DNA of 43,665 nucleotides from a virus (Duplodnaviria > Caudoviricetes), in the IMG/VR virus record IMGVR_UViG_3300010226_000010, positions 1 through 43,665 of that record, one strand, 5' to 3'. Position numbers and translations under genes: made by a program. Shown in pieces: positions 7,804 to 16,678 of this stretch. Each line of letters begins with the position of its first letter. The first letter of the stretch is position 1. The notes beneath the pieces are model-generated. The model was not told the DNA's origin. It was given only the letters and a program-made list of their open reading frames with translations, and did not search any database.

Positions 7804-7855
7804 GGTATTTTCTGTACCTTTTTAGATTGACAGCATCGGGTACATATCGTACCTT
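7804..7855 (+). promoter_or_regulatory. Rightward early promoter (TTGACA-17-TACCTT) with two GGTA-N7-TACC operators
   Basis: Operators at 7804-7818 and 7839-7853; -35 at 7827-7832, -10 at 7850-7855; same architecture as the cro promoter. Confidence 0.85.
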
Positions 7856-7891
7856 CTCCCCATCAGCCAACCACTGGCACCCGCTACGGCG

Positions 7892-8083
7892 ATGGAGGGA
7901 ATGATGGCAGCGAAGCAGAACACCGCCCGCGATGAATACGCGATGCGCTTCAACATCGCGATGGACGGCAACGAGACTTGGTTCGTTTTCGACATGGATA
8001 CCGGCGAGCGTGTTGCCGAGGGCTACGAGCACCGATCATCCGCTTTGGCTGATTGCCGGTTCCGCAACCAGCAGGAGGCCTGA
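7892..8083 (+). CDS. Hypothetical protein, first gene of the rightward early operon
   Basis: GGAGG RBS, directly downstream of the promoter. Confidence 0.65.
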   Translation: MEGMMAAKQNTARDEYAMRFNIAMDGNETWFVFDMDTGERVAEGYEHRSSALADCRFRNQQEA

Positions 8084-8086
8084 CCG

Positions 8087-8617
8087 ATGACCTCCCCCAC
8101 CAAGGAACAGGCGCATACGGCGGCGATCCAGAGTGAGATTGAGCGCTTCGAGGATCAATATATCCCCGAGCCGAACTCAGGATGCTGGATTTGGATCGGG
8201 TCTCTATTCAGCAGCAAAGTCGCCAAGTATGCGCGGGGAAAGGTCAGGATTGCGGGGAAAGAGCAGGTTGCCAGCCGCTTTTCATTCCAATTGTTCAAGG
8301 GCGAAATCCCGACAGGCCTATTCGTTTGCCATCGGTGCGATACTCCCCTTTGCGTCAATCCGGATCATCTGTGGCTTGGCACTCATGCCGACAACATGGC
8401 GGATATGATCGCCAAAAATCGCTATCGCCCCAGGGGTAAGGCAAAATCTGCCTATAATCGAGGCAATCTCAATCCTAGAGCTAAACTGACCGAAGAGGTT
8501 GTGCGGGAAATCCGCATATCCGGAATGAAAGCCAGCACTTTGGCTGCTCGGTACGGTGTCTCTCTATGGACAATTCGTAACGTGTTGGCACGGCGCGTTT
8601 GGAGTCATGCCAAATGA
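8087..8617 (+). CDS. HNH homing endonuclease with C-terminal HTH
   Basis: PEPNSGCWIW, VCHRCDTPLCVNPDHLWLGTHADN, NPRAKLTEEVVREIR. Confidence 0.93.
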   Translation: MTSPTKEQAHTAAIQSEIERFEDQYIPEPNSGCWIWIGSLFSSKVAKYARGKVRIAGKEQVASRFSFQLFKGEIPTGLFVCHRCDTPLCVNPDHLWLGTHADNMADMIAKNRYRPRGKAKSAYNRGNLNPRAKLTEEVVREIRISGMKASTLAARYGVSLWTIRNVLARRVWSHAK

Positions 8618-8922
8618 CCTCCCCCGCTCTTGCCAAGATCATGCAGGAAGTCGACCGGCAGGCCGACGAGGCGCAGTCCAAGGCCGCGAAGGTCCACGTC
8701 TGCACGACGGTCCACGGCGCTCCCGGCGGCCCCCGCTACACGGTCCTGATCGACGGCGAATACTATGTCGTCAACCACCCGCTGCTGATTGCGCTTCGTC
8801 GCGGTCGTTCTCCTGCAGATCTCGAACTTGAACCCGCCGAGCCGGAAGAAGCCGCCGACGATGCTTTTGGCATTCCGTCGCCGGACAGCCTTCGCCGCTG
8901 GCACCATACGCGGGTGCTGTGA
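8614..8922 (+). CDS. Hypothetical protein
   Basis: ATGA overlap with the HNH stop; starts MTSP like the HNH gene. Confidence 0.65.
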   Translation: MTSPALAKIMQEVDRQADEAQSKAAKVHVCTTVHGAPGGPRYTVLIDGEYYVVNHPLLIALRRGRSPADLELEPAEPEEAADDAFGIPSPDSLRRWHHTRVL

Positions 8923-9092
8923 TGCGCAAGATCGTCACCAGCCACATCAACCCGCCGATCCCTTTTCGCGGCTGCGATTGGGAAGCGATTTTCGATGGCG
9001 ATGAAGGCGACGAGTTCGCCCCGCGTGGTTTCGGTTCGACCGAGGCCGAAGCCCGCCAGGATTTGATCGACAACTACGAAGGGGAAGTCTGA
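8922..9092 (+). CDS. 56-aa phage protein (below ORF-track cutoff)
   Basis: MRKIVTSHINPPIPFRGCDWEAIFDGDE...GFGSTEAEARQDL; TGATG coupling on both sides. Confidence 0.7.
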   Translation: MRKIVTSHINPPIPFRGCDWEAIFDGDEGDEFAPRGFGSTEAEARQDLIDNYEGEV

Positions 9093-9319
9093 TGGCCAGC
9101 TACGCCAGTTTCCACTACGCCCACAAGATCAAGGCCCGCGCGGGCGGCAGTATCGGTGCGCCTCTGGTAATCAACATCGACAGCGACAGGCACGGTGACC
9201 TTGGCGACGAGTTGACGCTGTTCACCGACGACCACGAGCTTTCCCGCAAGCTCGCTGACGCCATCAACGCGGCGGTTGCCGAACACAACGCGGCACGAGC
9301 CGAGCGTGAGGCCGCGTAA
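9092..9319 (+). CDS. Hypothetical protein
   Basis: Translationally coupled 75-aa ORF. Confidence 0.7.
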   Translation: MASYASFHYAHKIKARAGGSIGAPLVINIDSDRHGDLGDELTLFTDDHELSRKLADAINAAVAEHNAARAEREAA

Positions 9320-9444
9320 TGCGCACCGCCGACACCCTTCTCGACGCTGCCTGCAATTGGGCTGCCGACCGCCCATGGCTCCTATGCTGCATCATTTGTG
9401 CCGCCATTCTGATCGGGGCGGCTGTGGATGGAGGGGCCGCATGA
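9319..9444 (+). CDS. 41-aa membrane peptide
   Basis: MRTADTLLDAACNWAADRPWLLCCIICAAILIGAAVDGGAA; coupled on both sides. Confidence 0.55.
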   Translation: MRTADTLLDAACNWAADRPWLLCCIICAAILIGAAVDGGAA

Positions 9445-9620
9445 CCCTCGCTCCCCACTCCCATGCGGGCAGGCGGGAACATGCTCGCCTTTCCGCAAAC
9501 TTCGAGCGCTGGATCGGCATCTGCCTCCGCGCTGGCGAACCCCTCCATGCAGAACAGTGCCGAGCCGATGCCGAGCTTCATGCCCGGCTGGCGGCAGAAC
9601 CAGAAAGGAAAGTGGCATGA
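9441..9620 (+). CDS. Hypothetical protein
   Basis: MTLAPHSH...; ATGA overlaps on both sides. Confidence 0.55.
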   Translation: MTLAPHSHAGRREHARLSANFERWIGICLRAGEPLHAEQCRADAELHARLAAEPERKVA

Positions 9621-10636
9621 GCACCGAATGGTACTTCAAGGCGCTGGAACTCGGCAATGGCCATCGCCTGACCCGCGAACAGATGCAGGAGCTTGGGGTT
9701 TCCGAGAGCGACCCGAAGCCAGGCTTCTACCGCAAGCGGAACAAGGGCGGCACAGACCTGCCAACCGCCATTTGGCATGATGGCGAGAAGATGATTGCCA
9801 TCGTCGGCAAGGGAAATATCTGCGACGTGACCGACCCGATTGAAATCTGGTCGTGGGTTTGTTCTTGGCCGATCAGCGAGGAAGTCTATCGCGACGTTGC
9901 CGAGAACGGCAAGTCATGGCCGGACGAACCGCCGGTTGCTGAGGCCAAGATCGGCCACAACCTGCCCGACGATCCGCACGACGCACTCCGGCTTGAATTT
10001 GAAGCCGAGAAGGAACTGGCCGAGAAATTCCTGTCAGCAGCGATCACGACGCAGGAACAGGCCGATCAAGCCGCCGTGTGGGCCAAGAAAATTGCGGCCA
10101 TCGCCAAGAAGGCAACCGACTTGCACAAGGTCGAGAAGCAGCCGCACCTCGACGCGGGCCGCGCCGTCGATGACAAGTGGCGCCCGCTCAAGGACGAACC
10201 CGCCGCTCTTTCGACCCGGCTCAAGCGCCATCTGGACGTGTTCCTTCTCGACCAGCAGCGCAAGGAGCGCGAGCGGCAGGAAGCCGCGCGGCGCGAGGAA
10301 GAGCGGCTGCGCCGCGAAGCCGAGGAGGCCGCCAAGGCCGCCGCTCCAGACGATAGCGAGGCGCAGGCCGAAGCGGAGCGTCTACAGCGCGAGGCCGAAG
10401 CCAAGGCCAAGGAAGCGGAAGCCCGCAATTCGCAGGCCGGCAGGCCGGGCGCAAAGGTCGCGCTCCGCACGTTCGTCAGCGCCCGCGTCACCGATTACGA
10501 GGCCGCCGCGTCCGCGCTTCTCAAGATGAACCATGCCGACCTGAAAGCCTGCATCGACCAGCTTGCGAACCGCGCCATCCGAGCCGGTGTCGACCTGGCT
10601 GGCGTCGAGAAGATCGAAGAGCAGAGGGCTGCTTGA
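9617..10636 (+). CDS. Coiled-coil recombination-module protein (Gam/gp157-like, putative)
   Basis: Start MSTEWYF after AAGGA; IGHN.P, EKQPHL..GRAVD..W motifs; precedes the RecT-like gene. Confidence 0.65.
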   Translation: MSTEWYFKALELGNGHRLTREQMQELGVSESDPKPGFYRKRNKGGTDLPTAIWHDGEKMIAIVGKGNICDVTDPIEIWSWVCSWPISEEVYRDVAENGKSWPDEPPVAEAKIGHNLPDDPHDALRLEFEAEKELAEKFLSAAITTQEQADQAAVWAKKIAAIAKKATDLHKVEKQPHLDAGRAVDDKWRPLKDEPAALSTRLKRHLDVFLLDQQRKERERQEAARREEERLRREAEEAAKAAAPDDSEAQAEAERLQREAEAKAKEAEARNSQAGRPGAKVALRTFVSARVTDYEAAASALLKMNHADLKACIDQLANRAIRAGVDLAGVEKIEEQRAA

Positions 10637-10637
10637 A

Positions 10638-11645
10638 ATGAACGCTGTTGTCGAAATGCCGAACCGCGCCCCCGCACTGATGGCGGGCGCGCAGGTCGGG
10701 GCGATCATTCCTAGATCCATTGAGGAAATGTGGCGCGTATCCACAATGGTAGTGCAGGCTGGCCTTGCGCCGTCCGCGCTGATTTCCAACAAGTCAGGCA
10801 ACGACGCGGTTTCCGCCGTCGCCGTCGCCATCATGTCGGGCGCAGAACTCGGCATGAAGCCCATGGCTGCGCTCCGCAGCTTTACCGTCATCAACGGTAA
10901 GCCCGCGCTCTATGGAGACGGCCTTATCAACGTTATCCGCGCTTCCGGTAAAGCGGCATACCTGCGCACCGGGTGCGAGGAACACGACGGCAAATTGACT
11001 GGATGGTGCGAGGCCAAACGGTCGGACACTGGCGAAGAAAAGCGTATCGAGTTTTCGCAAGACGACGCCGTTCGCGCCGGCCTGTGGCAGACAGCCGCCG
11101 TGGTCACCAAGTGGAACAAGTTCAAGAGCCAGAACGAGCAGAAGCCGAACGATAGCCCCTGGTATCGCTATCCGAAGCGGATGCTGGCATGGCGCGCGGC
11201 TGGCTACTGCCTGCGGGAACTGTTCGCTGACGTGCTTGGCGGCATCTCGGATGAGTTCGAGGCGCGGGAAGTTGCCGCGCATGACGAGCCCGTCACCATA
11301 TCGCCGCCGTCCATGCGTCCGCCATCGCTGGCGAAGCCATCTGATCCGGCTGAGGAAGCCGAAACCGTCGAGCACACCGAGATTGTCGATGAAACGCGCG
11401 AAGCAATTGAGGCGGTGCAGGATGATGAGCCGTTCGACCTTGACGCTTTTCTGTCCGAACTCGACGTGTCGATGGCCGCAGGCAAGACGCATGACGAGGT
11501 TATCGAGGTTTGGGACGGCTATGACGTAGAGGCCACCCTGACCGGCGATGACGAAGCGTTGCAGCGGGCTTTCGATCTTCGCAAGCCGCATATCGCCCGT
11601 GTTCTTCGCGCTGAAATTGCCTCACATCCGGTCAATGCGGGGTGA
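10638..11645 (+). CDS. RecT/Redbeta-like single-strand annealing protein
   Basis: GAELGMKPMAAL...VINGKP, FSQDDAVRAGL, PWYRYPKRMLAWRA...LRELFADVLGG. Confidence 0.82.
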   Translation: MNAVVEMPNRAPALMAGAQVGAIIPRSIEEMWRVSTMVVQAGLAPSALISNKSGNDAVSAVAVAIMSGAELGMKPMAALRSFTVINGKPALYGDGLINVIRASGKAAYLRTGCEEHDGKLTGWCEAKRSDTGEEKRIEFSQDDAVRAGLWQTAAVVTKWNKFKSQNEQKPNDSPWYRYPKRMLAWRAAGYCLRELFADVLGGISDEFEAREVAAHDEPVTISPPSMRPPSLAKPSDPAEEAETVEHTEIVDETREAIEAVQDDEPFDLDAFLSELDVSMAAGKTHDEVIEVWDGYDVEATLTGDDEALQRAFDLRKPHIARVLRAEIASHPVNAG

Positions 11646-11648
11646 GTC

Positions 11649-12071
11649 ATGATCGAGTTCTACGCCACGCGCACCTCGAGGGGCATCACGCCGGAACTGG
11701 CGATGGATGCCGACAAATTCGCGGACGTGCCTTTCGGCAAGCGCATCAAGGTCAGCGTGTCATTTCCTCGCAACCGGAAGCGGGACGGCCTGTATTGGGC
11801 CGTCCTGCGGGAGGTCTGCCGCGCGACCGACCGCTGGCCGTCCGACAAGCATCTGCACGAGGATTTGCTCATCACCTTGGGGTTTTGGGTGAAGGTCGTT
11901 TCGCTCGCCGGCGAGGTCCGCCTCATGCGCGACAGCACGGCTCACGACAAGATGACGGACCCGGAATTCGCCGCCTATTTCAATCGGGCGATGGCCCTGC
12001 TTGCGCAGGAGATCGGATACGACCCGCTTGCCGAGTACGAGGCCAAATACGGGAAAGCGAGGGCAGCATGA
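11649..12071 (+). CDS. NinB/DUF1367-like recombination accessory protein
   Basis: PRN....LYWAVL, LHEDL, STAHDKM...EFAAYF. Confidence 0.65.
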   Translation: MIEFYATRTSRGITPELAMDADKFADVPFGKRIKVSVSFPRNRKRDGLYWAVLREVCRATDRWPSDKHLHEDLLITLGFWVKVVSLAGEVRLMRDSTAHDKMTDPEFAAYFNRAMALLAQEIGYDPLAEYEAKYGKARAA

Positions 12072-12241
12072 CCACAGCATCAGAACACGCTCGACGCTAT
12101 CCGAATTGCCGGTCCGCCACGCTCGCGCACCTGATCGCCAAAGAGCGCACGACCGACCAACTTCGCCGTGAGGTAGCGGCCAAGCGCAATCCTCTCCTGC
12201 GTGTCTGGTTCGCCCTCCGCTCACATTTGAAGGGGGCGTGA
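12068..12241 (+). CDS. Hypothetical protein
   Basis: MTTASEHARRYPNC...; ATGA overlap. Confidence 0.55.
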   Translation: MTTASEHARRYPNCRSATLAHLIAKERTTDQLRREVAAKRNPLLRVWFALRSHLKGA

Positions 12242-12244
12242 GAC

Positions 12245-12652
12245 ATGGCGCGTCGTGAGTTCCCCCGAGACGTATACGCGCAGATCGTCCGCCGGGCGAT
12301 GCTCCCGACCGGCGAGATAGCCTGCGAAGGCTGCGGCCTCATCCTCGGCAAGAAGAAATACCACGTCGATCACACGATCCCCGACGCCCTGTTTCTAGAC
12401 AAGAAGCGGAAGCTGACGGTGGACGACGGCAAGCTTCTCGGCGTCGAGTGCTGCCATGCCCCCAAGACAAAGATCGACGTTGCCGTGATCGCGGAAGCCA
12501 AGCGCCGTGAGGCGAGGAACCTGGGCTTCGAGCGCCGGAAGCAGAAAATCCCGACCCGCCCCAAATCTCCCCCGAAACAGACGCGGATAGACAAGAGCGC
12601 ATTGCCTGCGCTCCCGCCGCCCCGCCTTATGAGGAGCGCCCGCAATGCCTGA
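12245..12652 (+). CDS. Zn-binding HNH-type nuclease
   Basis: RREF, CEGCG, HVDHTIP, ECCHAPKT. Confidence 0.8.
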   Translation: MARREFPRDVYAQIVRRAMLPTGEIACEGCGLILGKKKYHVDHTIPDALFLDKKRKLTVDDGKLLGVECCHAPKTKIDVAVIAEAKRREARNLGFERRKQKIPTRPKSPPKQTRIDKSALPALPPPRLMRSARNA

Positions 12653-13013
12653 GACAGACCTGATCGAGCGGTTGAACGAACGCGCAACCATGATTGGGCT
12701 TCGCGGCAATGAGTTATCCGAGGCCCTCATGCGCGAAGCCGCCACAGCCCTATCCGAGAACATTGAGACGATTAACGGACAGGCGATGGACTTGGCCACC
12801 CTCCGCGCCCGTCTCGCCTCCTGTGAGGCGGAAAGGGAGAAAGCCATCGAATTGATCGACGAAGGCCTCGGAATACTCGTCAGCCTCATCGACAACGTGA
12901 CGCGGCATGGCAACTACAGCCCGGAGTCCACCTGCACTTTCATCGATCAGGCTGGCGGGTCTTTCCGAGCCGCCCACGCCGCTCTCACCAAGGGAGGCGA
13001 GGATGCGCAGTGA
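12645..13013 (+). CDS. Hypothetical protein
   Basis: GAGGAG RBS; DLIERL start typical of early accessory genes. Confidence 0.65.
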   Translation: MPETDLIERLNERATMIGLRGNELSEALMREAATALSENIETINGQAMDLATLRARLASCEAEREKAIELIDEGLGILVSLIDNVTRHGNYSPESTCTFIDQAGGSFRAAHAALTKGGEDAQ

Positions 13014-14325
13014 GTTGAAGCCTTGCCCGTTCTGTGGCTCCCGAAATGTGGCGCAGGGTGCATCCGGCGACCGTATCTCTGTTTGGTGCTTCTGCGGTGC
13101 GCGCGGTCCTGATGTTGCGTTCCCTGAATACAGCATTGAGCCGGCCAAGCCGATCAAGGAATGCTACGAACTTTGGAACCGCCGCACCATCGAAGCACCC
13201 CCTCCCGGCTGGCCTGATCCTCTCGAAAGCCCACAGGCCAAAGCGATCCGCAATGGCAAGATGGACGACACGGAAATCCGCAACCTGTTCGATACGATGG
13301 AGCGTGAGTTGCGGCTGCATCGGGAGCGGGCGGGCGAAGCGAGGCCGGTGGCCGTGAAGGCGCTGGAGTGGATCGCCGAGGGCGACGCATCGTTCGCAGC
13401 TAAATCACTCGCTGGCAGCTATGTTATCGGCAAAGACGAGAAGGGCGGCAAGGGCTGGCAGTGGGGATTTGTTGGCGATGCGCGCGACTGGACCATAAGT
13501 GAGTTCTTTGACACATCCGACGAGGCCAAAGCCGCCGCCCAAGCCGATTACGAGCGCCGCATCCTCTCCTGCCTCGACGCCCCTGTCCTCGCTACACCAG
13601 CGCAGGGGGTGACGGATGATGCTCGGCGCGCGCTGAAATACTGGATTGACGGCACCGAGATCGTCGAAGGATGTCTTAAGAAGGCTCACAACGCCAAGCC
13701 GGAAGATGCGCCTTTCGGAATGGATCGCGGCGAAGCAAAGATATGGCATGAAGCGCAGGAAAGTGCGTATCAACATGCGCTTGAAATGATGGGTGTGCCA
13801 GTGGCAAGCGGGCCGATGATCCTCACCGCTGCCCTCCTCCCCGCAACCGACACCGCCCGCCCTCTGAATAGCGGGGAGGTGGAGGACCTGATCGCTCGGA
13901 TCACGCCGGGCAACTTCCACCATTTCCGCGAAGCGGGCGACCTGATCGGTTGGTGTGAGCGGCTTAGGGAAGACCTTTCCGCCGCCCTCTCGTCCGCCCC
14001 ATCCACACCGGAGGGGTGGCGGTCGAAGGCCGCAGGCGATGTGCTTGCCGAACGGAAGCGGCAAGTCGATGCCGAAGGTTGGACGCCAGAACATGATGAC
14101 AAGTATGTAGATGGCCAACTTGCCGCAGCCGCTACTTGCTATGCTTTCACGGCGGCGAGATCGGCCCACCACCTCTATAATTATGTTTGGCCGTGGTCAT
14201 CCGATTGGTGGAAGCCAGACGGAAAGCGCCGTAACCTTGTCAAAGCCGGTGCGCTTATCCTCGCTGAAATCGAACGGCTCGACCGTCTCCCCACCCCTCC
14301 CGCAGGAGGCTCTAGCGATGCGTAA
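13003..14325 (+). CDS. Multidomain protein with N-terminal Lar-family restriction-alleviation Zn finger
   Basis: ELKPCPFCGS...WCFCGA.GP...WNRR; C-terminal ERKRQVDAEGWTPEHDD...NLVKAGALILAEIERLDR domain. Confidence 0.75.
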   Translation: MRSELKPCPFCGSRNVAQGASGDRISVWCFCGARGPDVAFPEYSIEPAKPIKECYELWNRRTIEAPPPGWPDPLESPQAKAIRNGKMDDTEIRNLFDTMERELRLHRERAGEARPVAVKALEWIAEGDASFAAKSLAGSYVIGKDEKGGKGWQWGFVGDARDWTISEFFDTSDEAKAAAQADYERRILSCLDAPVLATPAQGVTDDARRALKYWIDGTEIVEGCLKKAHNAKPEDAPFGMDRGEAKIWHEAQESAYQHALEMMGVPVASGPMILTAALLPATDTARPLNSGEVEDLIARITPGNFHHFREAGDLIGWCERLREDLSAALSSAPSTPEGWRSKAAGDVLAERKRQVDAEGWTPEHDDKYVDGQLAAAATCYAFTAARSAHHLYNYVWPWSSDWWKPDGKRRNLVKAGALILAEIERLDRLPTPPAGGSSDA

Positions 14326-14515
14326 GTTGACGATCTTTGAGCGCGAAGTCCTCGAAATGGTGGCCGAGATACGGCCATGGACAGGCTGGGGTGCGTGGCT
14401 GGGTGCTTGTCTCGACAGCCTTTACGGCTCTGGTCTCATCACAGCCTACGTCGGCGCAACCCCGCGCCTGACCGAAGCCGGCCGTTCCGCACTCGCAGAG
14501 GGGGAGAAGCGGTGA
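14318..14515 (+). CDS. Hypothetical small wHTH-like protein
   Basis: AGGAGG RBS; L.GSGLI...LTEAGR. Confidence 0.6.
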   Translation: MRKLTIFEREVLEMVAEIRPWTGWGAWLGACLDSLYGSGLITAYVGATPRLTEAGRSALAEGEKR

Positions 14516-14730
14516 GCCGGCCCGGAATTAACCCATTCGCCGGACTGGCATTGGCCGCCGCTCTTGGCGGCTCCCTCGCCAATGCCTCCATTGACCAGTT
14601 CGGTTATGAGGACGGCCGCGAAATACTGCCTCGTGCCAGCAGGCCGAAGAAGCGAGTTGCCGACCCGGCGAAGAAAGCCGCCCGCAAGCGCCAGAAGAAA
14701 GCCCGCCATACTCAGCGGAGGAACCCATGA
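14512..14730 (+). CDS. Hypothetical basic protein
   Basis: GTGA overlap; K/R-rich tail. Confidence 0.5.
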   Translation: MSRPGINPFAGLALAAALGGSLANASIDQFGYEDGREILPRASRPKKRVADPAKKAARKRQKKARHTQRRNP

Positions 14731-15023
14731 CCCAGGACATCGACAAGCTGGTGGCGCGCGCCAAAGAGGTCGCCGCCCAACGGGAAACGATCTCTCATGA
14801 CGCCTATGGCGCACAGAAGGCGCTCCGTTTGCTTAACGAACGTGACGAATTGATCGCCACCCTCGCCAAGAGGCTGGAGGAAGCGGAGGCCGTGATCCGG
14901 CCGTTTGCGGAGGCGGCTGCGAGCTACGATCCTCCTGAAGGCGATGACCAACACACAGCTTGGGCGCACGATTTTCCAATAGGGTCGCTTCGCGCCGCCC
15001 GCCGCTGGATGGAGGACAAGTAG
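14727..15023 (+). CDS. Hypothetical protein (ead-like)
   Basis: GGAGG RBS, coupled ORF. Confidence 0.6.
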   Translation: MTQDIDKLVARAKEVAAQRETISHDAYGAQKALRLLNERDELIATLAKRLEEAEAVIRPFAEAAASYDPPEGDDQHTAWAHDFPIGSLRAARRWMEDK

Positions 15024-15482
15024 ATGGTTGGTTTCTCGATTGGTCCGAAAATCGATCTGGACGGCAATAACTCATGCCGCATCGTATCATGGCCAGACGG
15101 ATCGTGTCGGCCTGCGCACGAAACGGAGATTGCTTTGTGGGCAGAAAACGAATCCCTCCGCGCCGAGCTTGAGGCGGTGAAGGTACATAGCCGCAAGCAA
15201 GCCGAAGACATCATGAAGCTTGGCCCGATGGTCTACGACGACAGCGCACAGCCTGTTGAATGGAAAGCCCGCGCCGAAGCCGCCGAATCCGAACTCGCGC
15301 GCCTGAAAGACCGCGTGGCGGAAGTGCGTGGGCATTTCCGTGTCGAATACGCGGGGATCGGTGGCCGCCCGTCCATCGGCTACGACAGCGAGGCACTTCC
15401 GAAGGTTATCGCTATTCTGGAAGCCGCCCTCACCACAGACAATCCTGGCGGGGACACGGCGCGGGAGGGTGGGGATGTCTGA
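15024..15482 (+). CDS. Hypothetical protein
   Basis: GGAGG RBS, abuts the upstream stop. Confidence 0.6.
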   Translation: MVGFSIGPKIDLDGNNSCRIVSWPDGSCRPAHETEIALWAENESLRAELEAVKVHSRKQAEDIMKLGPMVYDDSAQPVEWKARAEAAESELARLKDRVAEVRGHFRVEYAGIGGRPSIGYDSEALPKVIAILEAALTTDNPGGDTAREGGDV

Positions 15483-15717
15483 GGCTTGGTTCCAACTTCC
15501 CGAACGCTGCGTATCGTGCGGCAAGTTCCTCCGTTTTGAGCCGGGAGTGTCGTGGGCGCAGTCATGGTCCTACTCCATGGATGGAACGCCGTACCTGTAC
15601 GAGCCCCGCTTTCAATGCAAAGCTTGCACCGACACTAACGGGCCACTCGATACCAACTGTGCGCACCCTGAGCGATATTCCGGCATCATTCGTGAGGAGT
15701 CCTCTCATGACCGCTGA
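15475..15717 (+). CDS. Small Cys-rich Zn-ribbon protein
   Basis: CVSCGK...CKAC. Confidence 0.6.
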   Translation: MSEAWFQLPERCVSCGKFLRFEPGVSWAQSWSYSMDGTPYLYEPRFQCKACTDTNGPLDTNCAHPERYSGIIREESSHDR

Positions 15718-15934
15718 TCTACCAGAATGGGCGATGGAGAAGGCGCGGCAGGCAGCGCCACATGCGCCGCGATATCATAATGCCATCGCCACCGCCCTCG
15801 TCTCCATAGCCAAGGCAGAGCGGGAACGGGCGGCGGGGATTGCGCGGGCATACCGACACGTGAACCCGTTTCCCACATTGCAAGATGCTATCGCCACCGC
15901 CATCCTTGCCGATGGAGGCCCCGATGCCGGCTGA
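15707..15934 (+). CDS. Hypothetical protein
   Basis: GAGGAG RBS; MTADLPEWA...AERERAAGIA. Confidence 0.55.
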   Translation: MTADLPEWAMEKARQAAPHAPRYHNAIATALVSIAKAERERAAGIARAYRHVNPFPTLQDAIATAILADGGPDAG

Positions 15935-16319
15935 GCGCAAGGAGGCGGTACCGGTTCGCGTCCAGCTTTCGCGCAAGAAAGGCTGGAAGATGCCCCCGAA
16001 TACCGTGAAGGTGACGCGCCCGTCAAAATGGGGGAACCCATTCGTCGTCACGGATAAAGTGCGGCCCGGAACGGAGTTTAAGGGGGCGGCTTATGGCTGC
16101 ATCGCAGTCCCGACCGTTGAAGATGCTGTCGAGTGCTTTCGAGAGATGATGGACTGCGCCGGCGATCATGCCGATGATTTGCGGGCCTCGCTCCACGAAC
16201 TTCGCGGCAAGAACCTCGCCTGCTGGTGCAAAATCGTTGATCAGCATGGTAATGCTGTTCCATGTCATGCCGATGTTCTGCTGGAGTTGGCAAACCGCCC
16301 TCTGGACGGTGAGCCATGA
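15924..16319 (+). CDS. DUF4326 family protein
   Basis: VTRPSKWGNPF, LRGKNLACWC, PCHADVLLELAN. Confidence 0.88.
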   Translation: MPAERKEAVPVRVQLSRKKGWKMPPNTVKVTRPSKWGNPFVVTDKVRPGTEFKGAAYGCIAVPTVEDAVECFREMMDCAGDHADDLRASLHELRGKNLACWCKIVDQHGNAVPCHADVLLELANRPLDGEP

Positions 16320-16678
16320 GCAGGGCGTTGCCAGCATGGACAGCCGATCTGGTCCCTGTGGATATGGACGGGGCCGCGAAGCTGCTCGGCATCTCCCGCC
16401 GCTTCCTGGTGGACGTGCTCCAATCTCACAAGCATTATGAGCCGCGCGGGAACCGGAAGGTTTTCTATCCAGAACACATCGCCGCGCTGAGGGAAGCACT
16501 ATGCCACTCGAAATCGATGACAGAGACGGGAAAGGCATCTGGTACGTCGTTGGCACCTTCGACGGAAAGCGCATTCGAAGAAGCCTTAAAACTCGCGACC
16601 GGAAAACAGCCCTTGAGCAATGCGCGATCTTCGAGGCGAAACTCTGGAAACGTCATTCCTATGGCGAAGAGGCCGTAA
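16316..16678 (+). CDS. xis: Excisionase-like HTH protein
   Basis: DGAAKLLGISRRFL HTH, immediately upstream of and overlapping the integrase. Confidence 0.7.
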   Translation: MSRALPAWTADLVPVDMDGAAKLLGISRRFLVDVLQSHKHYEPRGNRKVFYPEHIAALREALCHSKSMTETGKASGTSLAPSTESAFEEALKLATGKQPLSNARSSRRNSGNVIPMAKRP

